Part shown: piece by piece, positions 37,754-47,979 of the stretch
Layout of the letters: the number at the start of each line of letters is the position of its first letter
Position numbering within the stretch: position 1 is the first letter of the stretch
Assembly (NCBI GenBank): GCA_035556215.1
Contig: DATMFI010000007.1
Location: forward strand, 139,102 to 203,101
DNA: 64,000 bases
Source of the DNA: Xanthobacteraceae bacterium
Lineage (GTDB): Bacteria > Pseudomonadota > Alphaproteobacteria > Rhizobiales > Xanthobacteraceae
Direction of reading: 5' to 3'
Notes under the pieces: model-generated
Told to the model about the DNA's origin: nothing
The model's database searches: none
Seen by the model: only the letters and a program-made list of their open reading frames with translations
Position numbers and translations under genes: made by a program

Positions 37754-38287
37754 ATGTTCACCATCGACCGGGAAAGCTCGCTGCTGTTGATCGTCGATTT
37801 CCAGTCGAAGCTGATGCCGGCGATCCATGAGGGCGCAAAAGCCATCGCCAACGCCAAACGCCTGATCGAGGCGGCAAAGCTGCTCGAGGTGCCGGTGTTC
37901 TTCACCGAGCAGAATGCCAGGGGCCTCGGCAATACGGTTCCTGAACTCGTCCCGGACGAGAAAAATCTTACGCATAAAATGTATTTCGATGCCTGCCGGG
38001 AGCCGGGTTTTCTTCGCCGTCTGCAGGATCGCCCCGATGTCGTGGTCGCGGGCTGCGAGGCGCATGTCTGTGTGCAGCAGACCGTGCTCGGCCTCCTGCA
38101 TGCGGGGCGGAAAGTGTATGTCGTGCGCGACGCGCTCGGCGCTCGCCAGCCCGAGAACAAGGAAACGGCGATCCGCCGGATGGAGCGGCACTGCGCCGAG
38201 ATCGTCACCACCGAAATGGTGGTGTTCGAGTGGCTGGCGACCGCCAATCACCCCCGGTTCCGTGAGGCGGTGGCCCTGATTAAGTGA
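37754..38287 (+). CDS. isochorismatase-family cysteine hydrolase
   Basis: 177 aa. LLIVDFQ and VVAGCEAHVCV motifs. Confidence 0.85.
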   Translation: MFTIDRESSLLLIVDFQSKLMPAIHEGAKAIANAKRLIEAAKLLEVPVFFTEQNARGLGNTVPELVPDEKNLTHKMYFDACREPGFLRRLQDRPDVVVAGCEAHVCVQQTVLGLLHAGRKVYVVRDALGARQPENKETAIRRMERHCAEIVTTEMVVFEWLATANHPRFREAVALIK

Positions 38288-38430
38288 GCAGCAGGCGTGT
38301 TTTCGGGCGAAGCGGGTACCGGTTCGCGTGAGGCGCGCCTCAGGCGAAATAGGTGCGGCGCGGAATACGCTTGACCCTTGAAGGCGGGAGTTATAGGTTC
38401 CCCGCACGATTTGAACGAAAGCTGCCTCAA

Positions 38431-38478
38431 ATGAGCAAGTTTCTTACGCTAATTCTCGTAGTAGGAGGGCGCGCCTAG
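38431..38478 (+). promoter_or_regulatory. branched-chain amino-acid leader peptide MSKFLTLILVVGGRA (ilvIH attenuator)
   Basis: 15-aa ORF rich in Leu/Ile/Val/Thr codons. Lies downstream of the TTGACC (38371-38376) / TATAGG (38392-38397) promoter-like hexamers and upstream of an intrinsic terminator. Confidence 0.6.
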
Positions 38479-38519
38479 CGGCGAATGGCCTTGTGGCTGT
38501 TCATTGTCTGATGGCGCGC

Positions 38520-38550
38520 AAGGGGTCTCCGATGAGGCCCCTTTTTGTTT
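38520..38550 (+). terminator. attenuator terminator ahead of ilvI
   Basis: AAGGGGTCTC-cgat-GAGGCCCCTT followed by tttgttt, 38 nt before the ilvI start. Confidence 0.75.
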
Positions 38551-38587
38551 GTGGGCGGTGTAAGCGGAAAGAAGTACGGAGCGGACG

Positions 38588-40348
38588 ATGCAAAGGGAAA
38601 TGACCGGCGCGGAAATGGTGATCCAGGCGCTGAACGATCAGGGTGTCGAGCATATCTTCGGCTATCCTGGCGGCGCGGTGCTGCCGATCTACGACTCGCT
38701 GTTTCAGCAGAACAAGCTGAAGCACATTCTTGTTCGCCACGAACAAGGCGCGACGCATGCCGCCGAAGGCGATGCGCGTTCGACCGGCAAGGTCGGCTGC
38801 GTGCTGGTGACTTCCGGCCCCGGCGCGACCAATGCCGTGACGGGCCTCACCGATGCGCTGATGGATTCGATCCCGATGGTCGTCATCACCGGGCAGGTGC
38901 CGACGCATCTGATCGGCAACGACGCCTTTCAGGAATGCGACACCGTCGGCATCACGCGCCCTTGCACCAAGCACAATTATCTCGTGCGCGACGTGAACGA
39001 CCTTTCGCGCATTCTGCATGAGGCGTTCTACATCGCCGGCAGCGGCCGTCCGGGCCCGGTCGTGGTCGATATTCCGAAGGATGTGCAGTTCGCCAAAGGC
39101 ATCTATCAGCCGGCGCGCGGGATGGCGCACAAGTCGTATCAGCCGAAGGTCAAGGGCGATCTGCCGAAGATCAAGGAAGCGATCGAGCTGATGCGCAACG
39201 CCAAGAAGCCGGTGTTCTACACCGGCGGCGGCATCATCAATTCGGGCAATGAAGCCTCGCTGCTCCTGCGCGAGCTCGTGAAGCTCACGGGCTTTCCGAT
39301 CACCTCGACCTTGATGGGCCTCGGCGCCTTCCCGGCGGCGAATCCGCAGTGGCTCGGCATGCTGGGCATGCACGGCACTTGGGAAGCGAACTGGGCGATG
39401 CATGATTGCGACGTCATGATCTGCATCGGCGCGCGTTTCGACGATCGCATCACCGGGCGGCTCGACGCGTTCTCGCCGAATTCGAAGAAGATCCACGTCG
39501 ATATCGATCCCTCGTCGATCAACAAGAATGTGCGCGTCGATGTGCCGATCATCGGCGATTGCGCGCATGTGCTTGAAGACATGGTGCGGCTGTGGCGCGC
39601 TTCGTCGGTGCAGCCCGACAAGAAAGCGCTCGCTGACTGGTGGGCGCAGATCAACAAATGGCGCGCGCGCAAATCGCTCGCCTACAAGAACTCGTCGTCG
39701 GTCATCAAGCCGCAATACGCCATCGAGCGGCTTTATGAACTGACGAAGGATAAAGACACCTACATCACGACCGAGGTCGGCCAGCATCAGATGTGGGCGG
39801 CGCAGTTCTATCACTTCCAGGAGCCGCGGCGCTGGATGACCTCCGGCGGCCTCGGCACGATGGGTTATGGCCTGCCGGCCGCGGTCGGCGTGCAGATGGC
39901 GCATCCGAATTCGCTCGTCATCGACATCGCCGGCGAAGCCTCGGTGCAGATGACGATGCAGGAGATGTCCACGGCGGTGCAATACGATCTGCCGATCAAG
40001 ATTTTCATCCTGAACAACGAATATATGGGCATGGTGCGCCAGTGGCAGGAGCTGCTGCATGGCGGCCGCTACTCGCACTCTTACTCGGAAGCGCTGCCGG
40101 ATTTCGTCAAGCTCGCCGAGGCCTATAAGGGCGTCGGCATCCGCTGCGAGAAGCCGGGCGATCTCGACGGGGCGATCAAGGAAATGATCAACGTCAAGAG
40201 GCCGGTGCTGTTCGACTGCATCGTTGACAAGATGGAAAACTGCTTCCCGATGATTCCGTCGGGCCGCGCGCATAACGAAATGATTTTGGGTGACGCCGCC
40301 GAAAGCCTCGACGAAGCGATCACCGAAGAAGGAAAGGTGATGGTGTGA
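38588..40348 (+). CDS. ilvI: acetolactate synthase (AHAS) large subunit
   Basis: 586 aa. ThDP-enzyme motifs (GYPGGAVLPIYD, GGLGTMGYGLPAAVG). Confidence 0.95.
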   Translation: MQREMTGAEMVIQALNDQGVEHIFGYPGGAVLPIYDSLFQQNKLKHILVRHEQGATHAAEGDARSTGKVGCVLVTSGPGATNAVTGLTDALMDSIPMVVITGQVPTHLIGNDAFQECDTVGITRPCTKHNYLVRDVNDLSRILHEAFYIAGSGRPGPVVVDIPKDVQFAKGIYQPARGMAHKSYQPKVKGDLPKIKEAIELMRNAKKPVFYTGGGIINSGNEASLLLRELVKLTGFPITSTLMGLGAFPAANPQWLGMLGMHGTWEANWAMHDCDVMICIGARFDDRITGRLDAFSPNSKKIHVDIDPSSINKNVRVDVPIIGDCAHVLEDMVRLWRASSVQPDKKALADWWAQINKWRARKSLAYKNSSSVIKPQYAIERLYELTKDKDTYITTEVGQHQMWAAQFYHFQEPRRWMTSGGLGTMGYGLPAAVGVQMAHPNSLVIDIAGEASVQMTMQEMSTAVQYDLPIKIFILNNEYMGMVRQWQELLHGGRYSHSYSEALPDFVKLAEAYKGVGIRCEKPGDLDGAIKEMINVKRPVLFDCIVDKMENCFPMIPSGRAHNEMILGDAAESLDEAITEEGKVMV

Positions 40349-40899
40349 GCACGCAAGCAAATTCATCGACCTCGCACTATCCGGCGCAGGCCGTGAAGGA
40401 AGAAATCGTGCGGCGCACGTTATCGGTTGTCGTCGATAACGAGCCGGGCGTGCTCGCGCGCGTCATCGGATTGTTCTCGGGCCGCGGTTACAACATCGAC
40501 TCGCTGACGGTGTCGGAGACCGAGCACGAGAAGCATCTCTCGCGCATCACCATCGCCACCACCGGCACGCCGATGGTGATTCAGCAGATCAAGCATCAGC
40601 TGGAGCGCCTGGTGCCGATCCATCGCGTGATCGACCTCACCGAGACCGGCCGGGCCATCGAGCGCGAGCTTGCGCTCGTGAAAGTGCGGGGCAAGGGCGA
40701 GAACCGCGTCGAGGCGCTGCGCCTAGCCGACGCCTTCCGCGCGCGGGTGATCGACGCTTCGACCGAGAGCTTCGTCTTCGAGCTCACCGGCAAGCCCGAC
40801 AAGATCGACCAGTTCATCGTGCTGATGACGCCGCTCGGACTTGTCGAAGTCTCCCGGACCGGCATCTGCGCCATCGCGCGCGGGCCGGAGGAAATGTGA
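40345..40899 (+). CDS. ilvH: acetolactate synthase small (regulatory) subunit
   Basis: 184 aa. ACT domain LSVVVDNEPGVLARVIGLFSGRGYNIDSL. 4-nt overlap with ilvI. Confidence 0.92.
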   Translation: MSTQANSSTSHYPAQAVKEEIVRRTLSVVVDNEPGVLARVIGLFSGRGYNIDSLTVSETEHEKHLSRITIATTGTPMVIQQIKHQLERLVPIHRVIDLTETGRAIERELALVKVRGKGENRVEALRLADAFRARVIDASTESFVFELTGKPDKIDQFIVLMTPLGLVEVSRTGICAIARGPEEM

Positions 40900-41003
40900 T
40901 CTCTCGATAAATCCAACCCCCGCAGGCGCTTATTGGTGGGTGATCGGCTGGCGCCGATATGCTACATGGCCTGCGGGTTTTCCATCATTTGAACGGACAC
41001 TGA

Positions 41004-42041
<1,038 letters not shown>

Positions 42042-42055
42042 GCTGTTTTGTTCCG

Positions 42056-42092
42056 AAAACCCCGGATGCGGAAAACGCATCCGGGGTTTTTT
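42056..42092. terminator. bidirectional rho-independent terminator
   Basis: aaaa-CCCCGGATGCG-gaaaa-CGCATCCGGGG-tttttt, between convergent ilvC and the osmoprotectant permease gene. Confidence 0.9.
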
Positions 42093-43650
42093 ATTTCCGC
42101 GCGCTGATTTTTTCCCACAGCCAGCCGGCGATTTTATCGGGCGAGCTTGCGCCGCCCTGGCCGTCGGCGCGGGCATTGGCCTCGCGCATTAACGCGGGCG
42201 GGATCGCGCCAAGAAGCGGCATGAGCGCTGCGATGAGCTTTTCGTCGCTGGCGCGCTGCGGCGACAGGAGAACGATGGCATCGTAGGGCGGGATCGCCTG
42301 CTTGGGATCGTCGAGCACGACGAGATCGAATTGCTTGATCTTGCCCTCGCTGGTGAAGGCGGAAATGACGTCGATCTCGCCATCCCTGGCGGCGGGATAC
42401 ATGAATTCGGGCTGGATGTTCTTCCGCTCGCGGAAAGAAAGGCCGTAAGCCTGCACCAGCGATTGCCAGACCGGGCGGGCGAAGAATTCGTAATCGCCGG
42501 CGATGACAAGCCGTGGCGCAACGCGGGCAAGATCGGCAATCGACTTGATGCCGAGTTCCTCCGCGCGTTTGCGCGACATCGCGAGTGCGTAGGCATTCTC
42601 GAAACCGAGTTCGCCGAGAAGGCGGACGTTATATTTCTCCGCGAGCCACGCCTTGACGGCGGCGAGCACTTCGGCGCGCGATTTCGTGTCGCTGCGCTTC
42701 ATCTCGTTGGCCCACAGCGTGCCGGAATATTCGACATAGACATCGATCTCGCCGGATTTCAGCGCATCGAAGATCACGGTTGAGCCGAGGCCGTCGCGGT
42801 GGCGCGCCGAGAGCCCTGCGGCGCGCAGGCGTTGCTCGATCAGGGATTCCAGGATGTACTGCTCGGTGAAGGTTTTTGCGCCGATGATGTACGTCGCGGC
42901 GGGCCGGGCGAATACCGGCATCAGCGCCGCGATTACAATGGCGGCGATGCCGGCGCCGCCGAGCAGGATGCGGCCGCGTTTGCGTGCCGAGACGCCGCTT
43001 TCCATCAGCGCCAGCAATTGATCGACGGCAAGCGCGAGCACCGCCGAGGCGACGCAGCCGAAGACGACGAACACCCAGTTCTGCGTCTGCAATCCCGTGA
43101 AGATGTAATTGCCAAGGCTCGTCTGGCCGACCGGGGTCGCGAGCGTCGCGGTGCCGATGACCCATACAGCGGCGGTGCGGATGCCGGCCATGATGATGGG
43201 CAGCGCGAGCGGCAGCTCCACCATCGTCAGCGCCTGGCGCCTGGTCATGCCGACGCCGAGCGTCGCTTCCTTCACGGCGGGGTCGATGCCGAGAATGCCG
43301 GTCACGGTATTGCGCAGCACCGGCAGCATGGAATAGAGCGCGAGTGCCAGCACCGAAGGCAGAAAACCGAGCGCGGAAAAGCCGGTGCCAAACAGCTTTT
43401 CGGTGAGCGCCGAGATCGCCAGCAAGAGCGGGTAGAACAGCGCGAGCAGCGCGAGGCCCGGAATGGTCTGGACGATGCTCGCGAAGCCCAGCGCGGCGTT
43501 GCGCAAATAGCGGCAATGCGTGGCGAGAACCGCGAGCGGCAGGCTGATCGCAAGCCCCAGCAGCAGTGCCGTGACGCTCACCAGCACATGACTGCCGAGA
43601 TAATCGGGCAGCCGGGCGAATGCCTCCTGCACGCGTGGATCGAAGCTCAC
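42091..43650 (-). CDS. osmoprotectant (glycine betaine/choline-type) ABC transporter, fused permease + substrate-binding protein
   Basis: 519 aa. N-terminal BPD-type permease with an EAA-like loop and a C-terminal OpuAC/ProX-like domain. Confidence 0.8.
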   Translation of the reverse strand: MSFDPRVQEAFARLPDYLGSHVLVSVTALLLGLAISLPLAVLATHCRYLRNAALGFASIVQTIPGLALLALFYPLLLAISALTEKLFGTGFSALGFLPSVLALALYSMLPVLRNTVTGILGIDPAVKEATLGVGMTRRQALTMVELPLALPIIMAGIRTAAVWVIGTATLATPVGQTSLGNYIFTGLQTQNWVFVVFGCVASAVLALAVDQLLALMESGVSARKRGRILLGGAGIAAIVIAALMPVFARPAATYIIGAKTFTEQYILESLIEQRLRAAGLSARHRDGLGSTVIFDALKSGEIDVYVEYSGTLWANEMKRSDTKSRAEVLAAVKAWLAEKYNVRLLGELGFENAYALAMSRKRAEELGIKSIADLARVAPRLVIAGDYEFFARPVWQSLVQAYGLSFRERKNIQPEFMYPAARDGEIDVISAFTSEGKIKQFDLVVLDDPKQAIPPYDAIVLLSPQRASDEKLIAALMPLLGAIPPALMREANARADGQGGASSPDKIAGWLWEKISARK

Positions 43651-44429
43651 GGCTCGCCCCGTAAAAGTGTTGCAAGTCGCGCCGCCTGTGTTTTTGGGGT
43701 CTCGACAAGTTGCCGGACATATTCATCTTTGGGCGATGCGAGCAATTCGCGCGGCGTGCCTTGCTCGACGATATGGCCGCGATGAATGACGGCGATGCGG
43801 CCGGCGAGAAGCGCGGCTTCGGTGAGATCGTGGGTGATCATCACGGTGGTGAGGCCAAGCTCGTCATGCAGTTCGCGATAGTCGCGGGTGAGGGCGGCGC
43901 GCGTGAGCGCATCGAGCGCGCCGAACGGCTCGTCCATCAGAACGATCTTCGGTTTTGCGGCGAGTGCGCGGGCGACACCGACGCGCTGGCGCTCGCCGCC
44001 CGAAAGCTCGGACGGGAAACGCGCGCGATATTTTTTCGCATCGAGCCGCACGAGTTGCAGCAACGCATCGACGCGCGCGGCGCGCTCTTCCGCGCTCCAG
44101 CCGATGAGACGCGGCGTAATTGCGATATTTTCCGCGACCGTCATGTGCGGAAAGAGGCCGACACCCTGAAAGACGTAGCCGATTTCGCGGCGCAGCCGGA
44201 TCGGATCGCTTGCCCGCACTTCGCGGCCGCTGACGAGAATAGCGCCGCTCGTCGGCTCGGTGAGGCGATTGATGAGACGCAGCAGCGTCGTTTTGCCGGA
44301 GCCCGAGGGGCCGACGATCGCGAGGAATTCGCCTTCGGCCACATTCAGCGAGATGCCGTCGAGCACATTGACGCGCTCGCTGTAGCGCTTCGTGACGGCC
44401 CTGATTTCGATCGCGTTCGTTCCGGCCAT
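43647..44429 (-). CDS. ABC transporter ATP-binding protein (osmoprotectant system)
   Basis: 260 aa. Walker A GPSGSGKT, signature LSGGERQR and Walker B IVLMDEP. 4-nt overlap with the permease gene. Confidence 0.9.
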   Translation of the reverse strand: MAGTNAIEIRAVTKRYSERVNVLDGISLNVAEGEFLAIVGPSGSGKTTLLRLINRLTEPTSGAILVSGREVRASDPIRLRREIGYVFQGVGLFPHMTVAENIAITPRLIGWSAEERAARVDALLQLVRLDAKKYRARFPSELSGGERQRVGVARALAAKPKIVLMDEPFGALDALTRAALTRDYRELHDELGLTTVMITHDLTEAALLAGRIAVIHRGHIVEQGTPRELLASPKDEYVRQLVETPKTQAARLATLLRGEP

Positions 44430-44457
44430 GAAACCGGATAGCGTGCCTGGGCTCGCT

Positions 44458-44976
44458 TTACGAGAAAAATCTCAGCGTCGCAAAACCGGGCGCAAGCAGC
44501 ACGAAGGCCCAGACGAAAGCCGAGGTCCAGTTGGCGATTTGAAATTGCAGCCAGGGCATTTCAAACGTGCCGGCGACGAGCGGCACGATGGCGCGGACCG
44601 GGCCGAAGAAACGGCCGATGAAGATCGACCATACGCCCCAGCGTTTGAAGAAAGCTTCGCCTTGCTCGATCATGTGCGGATAACGCGACAGCGGCCAGAC
44701 CGTGCGCGCGGAATTCTCGAGCTTGAGGCCGACCCAGTAGGAGAGCCAGTCGCCAAGCGCGGCGCCGACGGCAGCGCCGATCCAGATCGGCAGCAGCGGC
44801 AGGTCGCTTGCGCCGATCAGCGCGCCGAGCGCGAGCAGGATGCCGGTCGCGGGGATGATTAACGAGATGATGGCGAGCGATTCACAGAAGGCGAGCCCGC
44901 CGGCGATCAACGGTGCCCAGGTGTGATGGTCCTTCACGAACACAGGAATTTCCTGGAGGAAAGCGCTCAGGCTCAT
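44458..44976 (-). CDS. DedA family membrane protein
   Basis: 172 aa. The FCESLAIISLIIPATG / F.GRFFGPVRAIVPLVAG pattern is typical of DedA/SNARE-associated proteins. Confidence 0.8.
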   Translation of the reverse strand: MSLSAFLQEIPVFVKDHHTWAPLIAGGLAFCESLAIISLIIPATGILLALGALIGASDLPLLPIWIGAAVGAALGDWLSYWVGLKLENSARTVWPLSRYPHMIEQGEAFFKRWGVWSIFIGRFFGPVRAIVPLVAGTFEMPWLQFQIANWTSAFVWAFVLLAPGFATLRFFS

Positions 44977-45207
44977 GCAGGGTCACCGGCTGGGGGAGGA
45001 AGGCGGCAGGCGTTCGTCAAGTTTTGAAGGTTCTCGAGGGTTTGCGCAATCGAATTGTCGCACCGCGAAAATAGCTCGGGCGGAAAATTGCCTGCCTATC
45101 TGATGTGTGACAATTGCGCCGGAAGTTGGGGGCGCGGCCATGGAAACTTCCAATGGGCGGCTTTCATTCGGTAGAATTCATGCGAAGATTTTGCCGGATC
45201 AGCGGGT

Positions 45208-46035
45208 ATGGGGTGCATGACGGCCAGCGAAAATACAGCGGCGATCTCGCTAGCCGATGTCGATGTCGTTTTCGGCCTTGCCCGCGGGGACAGCTACAAG
45301 GCGGTCGAACGGGCGACGCTTTCGGTCGCGGACGGCGAATTCGTTTCCATCGTCGGGCCGACCGGCTGCGGAAAATCGACGCTTCTCAACATCGCCGCCG
45401 GATTGCGGACGCCGTCGGCGGGAACGGTCAAGATTTTTGGTGAGGCGCTTGCCGCGCTCAATCGCCGGGCAGGCTATCTCTTCCAGGTGGACGCGCTGTT
45501 TCCGTGGAAGACGGCGCTCGAGAATGTCGCGATCGGGCTCGAGATCGCGGGCGTTCCGCCGCTTGAAGCACGCTCGCAGGCGCAGGTGTGGCTTTCGCGC
45601 GTCGGCCTCAATTATTTCGGCGACCGCTATCCGCATATGCTGTCGGGCGGACAGCGCAAGCGCGTCGGGCTCGCGCAGGTTCTGATCCGCGATCCGAAGA
45701 TATTGCTGATGGACGAGCCGTTCGGGCCGCTGGATGCGCAGACGCGGCAGATCATGGGCAACCTTTTGCTCGATCTTTGGCAGACCGACCGCAAGGCGGT
45801 GCTGTTCGTCACGCATGATCTTGAGGAAGCCATCGCGCTTTCCGATCGCGTCGTCATCATGTCGGCGGGGCCGGCGGCGCATATCATCGGTGACTGGAAA
45901 GTTTCACTGCCGAGGCCGCGCGACATCTCCGAGATCAAGCTCGATCCGGCGTTCCGCGATCTCTATCGCGAAATCTGGGCGAAGCTCAAAGACGAAGTCG
46001 TGAAGACTTACGGCACGCAGGGAGGAAAGCCATGA
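45208..46035 (+). CDS. ABC transporter ATP-binding protein (NitT/TauT family)
   Basis: 275 aa. GPTGCGKST, LSGGQRKR, LLMDEP. Confidence 0.9.
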   Translation: MGCMTASENTAAISLADVDVVFGLARGDSYKAVERATLSVADGEFVSIVGPTGCGKSTLLNIAAGLRTPSAGTVKIFGEALAALNRRAGYLFQVDALFPWKTALENVAIGLEIAGVPPLEARSQAQVWLSRVGLNYFGDRYPHMLSGGQRKRVGLAQVLIRDPKILLMDEPFGPLDAQTRQIMGNLLLDLWQTDRKAVLFVTHDLEEAIALSDRVVIMSAGPAAHIIGDWKVSLPRPRDISEIKLDPAFRDLYREIWAKLKDEVVKTYGTQGGKP

Positions 46036-46820
46036 GCCGCGGCCGGCTTCTCTTTCTGCAAGCGATGATCGGGATCATCGCGATCCTCTGCTGGCATGCG
46101 CTGACGAGCTATCAGATATTCGGGCGCTATCTGCTCGATCCGTTCTTCTTTTCGCATCCGCTGGATGTCGCGCTGCGCGTCGTCAAATGGTTCCGCGAAG
46201 GCACGATCTGGTATCACCTCGCCATTACACTGACGGAATCGATGCTGGCTTTCGTCATCGGCTCGCTCCTGGGCGTGCTGATCGGGTTCTGGTTCGCGCG
46301 CAAGGCGCTGGTCGCGGCGGTGCTCGATCCTTACGTCAAGATGGTGAACTCGCTGCCGCGCGTCGTGCTCGCGCCGATCTTCACGCTGTGGCTTGGCCTC
46401 GGCATCTGGTCGAAGGTGGCGCTCGGCGTCACGCTCGTCTTCTTCATCGTCTTCTTCAATGTCTATCAGGGCGTCAAGGAAGTCAGCCCGGCGATCCTGG
46501 CGAACGCCCGCATGCTCGGAATGAGCGAGCGGCAATTGATGCGCCATGTCTATTGGCCGTCGGCGCTGTCGTGGATGTTTTCATCGCTGCACACTTCGGT
46601 GGGTTTTGCGGTCGTCGGCGCGGTGGTCGGGGAGTATCTCGGGGCCGCGGCCGGCCTCGGCTATCTAATCCAGCAGGCCGAAGGCGTGTTCGATGTCGCG
46701 GGCGTATTCGCGGGGATGCTGGTGCTCGCGGCTTTCGTGATCGTGATCGACACCATTGTTTCGCTGGTCGAAAAGCGGCTCCTGATCTGGCGGCCTGCGG
46801 TCGCGGAAACACGTATTTAG
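46032..46820 (+). CDS. ABC transporter permease (NitT/TauT family)
   Basis: 262 aa, 6 TM, EAA-loop region. 4-nt overlap with the upstream ATPase gene. Confidence 0.88.
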   Translation: MSRGRLLFLQAMIGIIAILCWHALTSYQIFGRYLLDPFFFSHPLDVALRVVKWFREGTIWYHLAITLTESMLAFVIGSLLGVLIGFWFARKALVAAVLDPYVKMVNSLPRVVLAPIFTLWLGLGIWSKVALGVTLVFFIVFFNVYQGVKEVSPAILANARMLGMSERQLMRHVYWPSALSWMFSSLHTSVGFAVVGAVVGEYLGAAAGLGYLIQQAEGVFDVAGVFAGMLVLAAFVIVIDTIVSLVEKRLLIWRPAVAETRI

Positions 46821-46884
46821 GCATCTTGCGCAAACGGGCGGATGATTTAGCGTTCGATCAAACAAAACGCATTCGGGAGGTACC

Positions 46885-47904
46885 ATGAGATCTGCGCTCA
46901 AGATCGTTGCGGGCAGCATGCTCGCGCTTTCGCTGTCGGCGGGCATCGCGCTGGCGCAGGCAAAATCGAAGGTGACGATCGCGGTCGGCGGCGGCGCTTG
47001 CCTTTGTTACCTGCCGACGATGCTCGCCAAGCAGCTCGGCGAATACGACAAGGCCGGGCTCGATGTCGAACTTGTCGATCTCAAGGGCGGCTCGCAGGCA
47101 CTCGCGGCGGTGATGGGCGGCAGCGCCGATGTCGTCTCGGGCTATTACGACCACTGCGTCAATCTTGCGGCCAAGGGCCAGTCGCTCAAGGCCTTCGTGG
47201 TCTATGACCGCTATCCCGGCTTTGGTCTTGTCGTTTCACCCAAGCAGACGGCGAACATCCATTCGGTGAAAGATCTTGCCGGCAAGAAAGTCGGCGTCAG
47301 CGCGCCGGGCTCTTCGACGGACTTCTTCCTCAAATATCAGCTCGCCAAAGCGGGCATGAAGGCCGATGCGGCCTCCGTGATCGGTGTCGGGCTCGGGCCG
47401 ACGGCGGTCGCGGCGATGGAGCAGGGCACGATCGACGCGGCGGTGATGCTCGATCCTGCGATCACGCTCCTGCAGGGCAAGTTCAAGGATCTCAAGATCA
47501 TCAGCGATACGCGCACCACCAAGGATACGCTCTCGCTGTTCGGCGGCGAGTATCCGGGCGGCGCGCTCTACACCAAGGCCGACTGGATCGAGAAACATCC
47601 GAAAGAAACGCAGGCGCTCGCCAATGCCCTGGTTGCGACGCTGAAGTGGATTCATTCGCATTCCGCCGAGGAAATCATGGCGAAGATGCCGGACAATCTC
47701 GTCGGCGCCGATAAGGCGCTTTACCTCGCGGCGCTCAAGAACACGCTGCCGATGTATTCGGAGACCGGCAAGATGGATCCGAAGGGTGCGAAGGCCGTGC
47801 TCGATGTCTTCAGCCTGTCGGTGCCGGAGATCGCCAAAGCGAATATCGATCTCTCAAAGACCTACACCAACGCCTATGTCGAGAAGGCAGGGGCTTCGCA
47901 ATAA
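46885..47904 (+). CDS. ABC transporter substrate-binding protein (NMT1/THI5-SsuA-like)
   Basis: 339 aa. Signal peptide ...GIALAQA. Periplasmic-binding-protein type 2 fold pattern. Confidence 0.8.
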   Translation: MRSALKIVAGSMLALSLSAGIALAQAKSKVTIAVGGGACLCYLPTMLAKQLGEYDKAGLDVELVDLKGGSQALAAVMGGSADVVSGYYDHCVNLAAKGQSLKAFVVYDRYPGFGLVVSPKQTANIHSVKDLAGKKVGVSAPGSSTDFFLKYQLAKAGMKADAASVIGVGLGPTAVAAMEQGTIDAAVMLDPAITLLQGKFKDLKIISDTRTTKDTLSLFGGEYPGGALYTKADWIEKHPKETQALANALVATLKWIHSHSAEEIMAKMPDNLVGADKALYLAALKNTLPMYSETGKMDPKGAKAVLDVFSLSVPEIAKANIDLSKTYTNAYVEKAGASQ

Positions 47905-47979
47905 TCCGGTGGATCGTCGCGATGAGAAGGGCGCCCGGAGCGGCGCCCTTTTTGCTATGAAGGCGGCAAGGAAGACGCC

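Noticed and set aside
38501-40366. 621-aa minus-strand ORF opposite ilvI. Similar long antisense or out-of-frame ORFs occur at 5714-7444, 10073-11695, 14063-15292, 26947-28473, 31594-33027, 40962-42176, 50383-51939 and 53275-54645.
   Set aside because: These are shadow ORFs typical of high-GC DNA. The products are Arg/Ala/His/Asp-rich low-complexity sequences with no domain signatures, and each lies opposite a gene with unmistakable homology.
42091-44976. DedA + osmoprotectant ABC genes as a novel system
   Set aside because: This is ordinary transporter content with canonical motifs. The adjacency is unremarkable.
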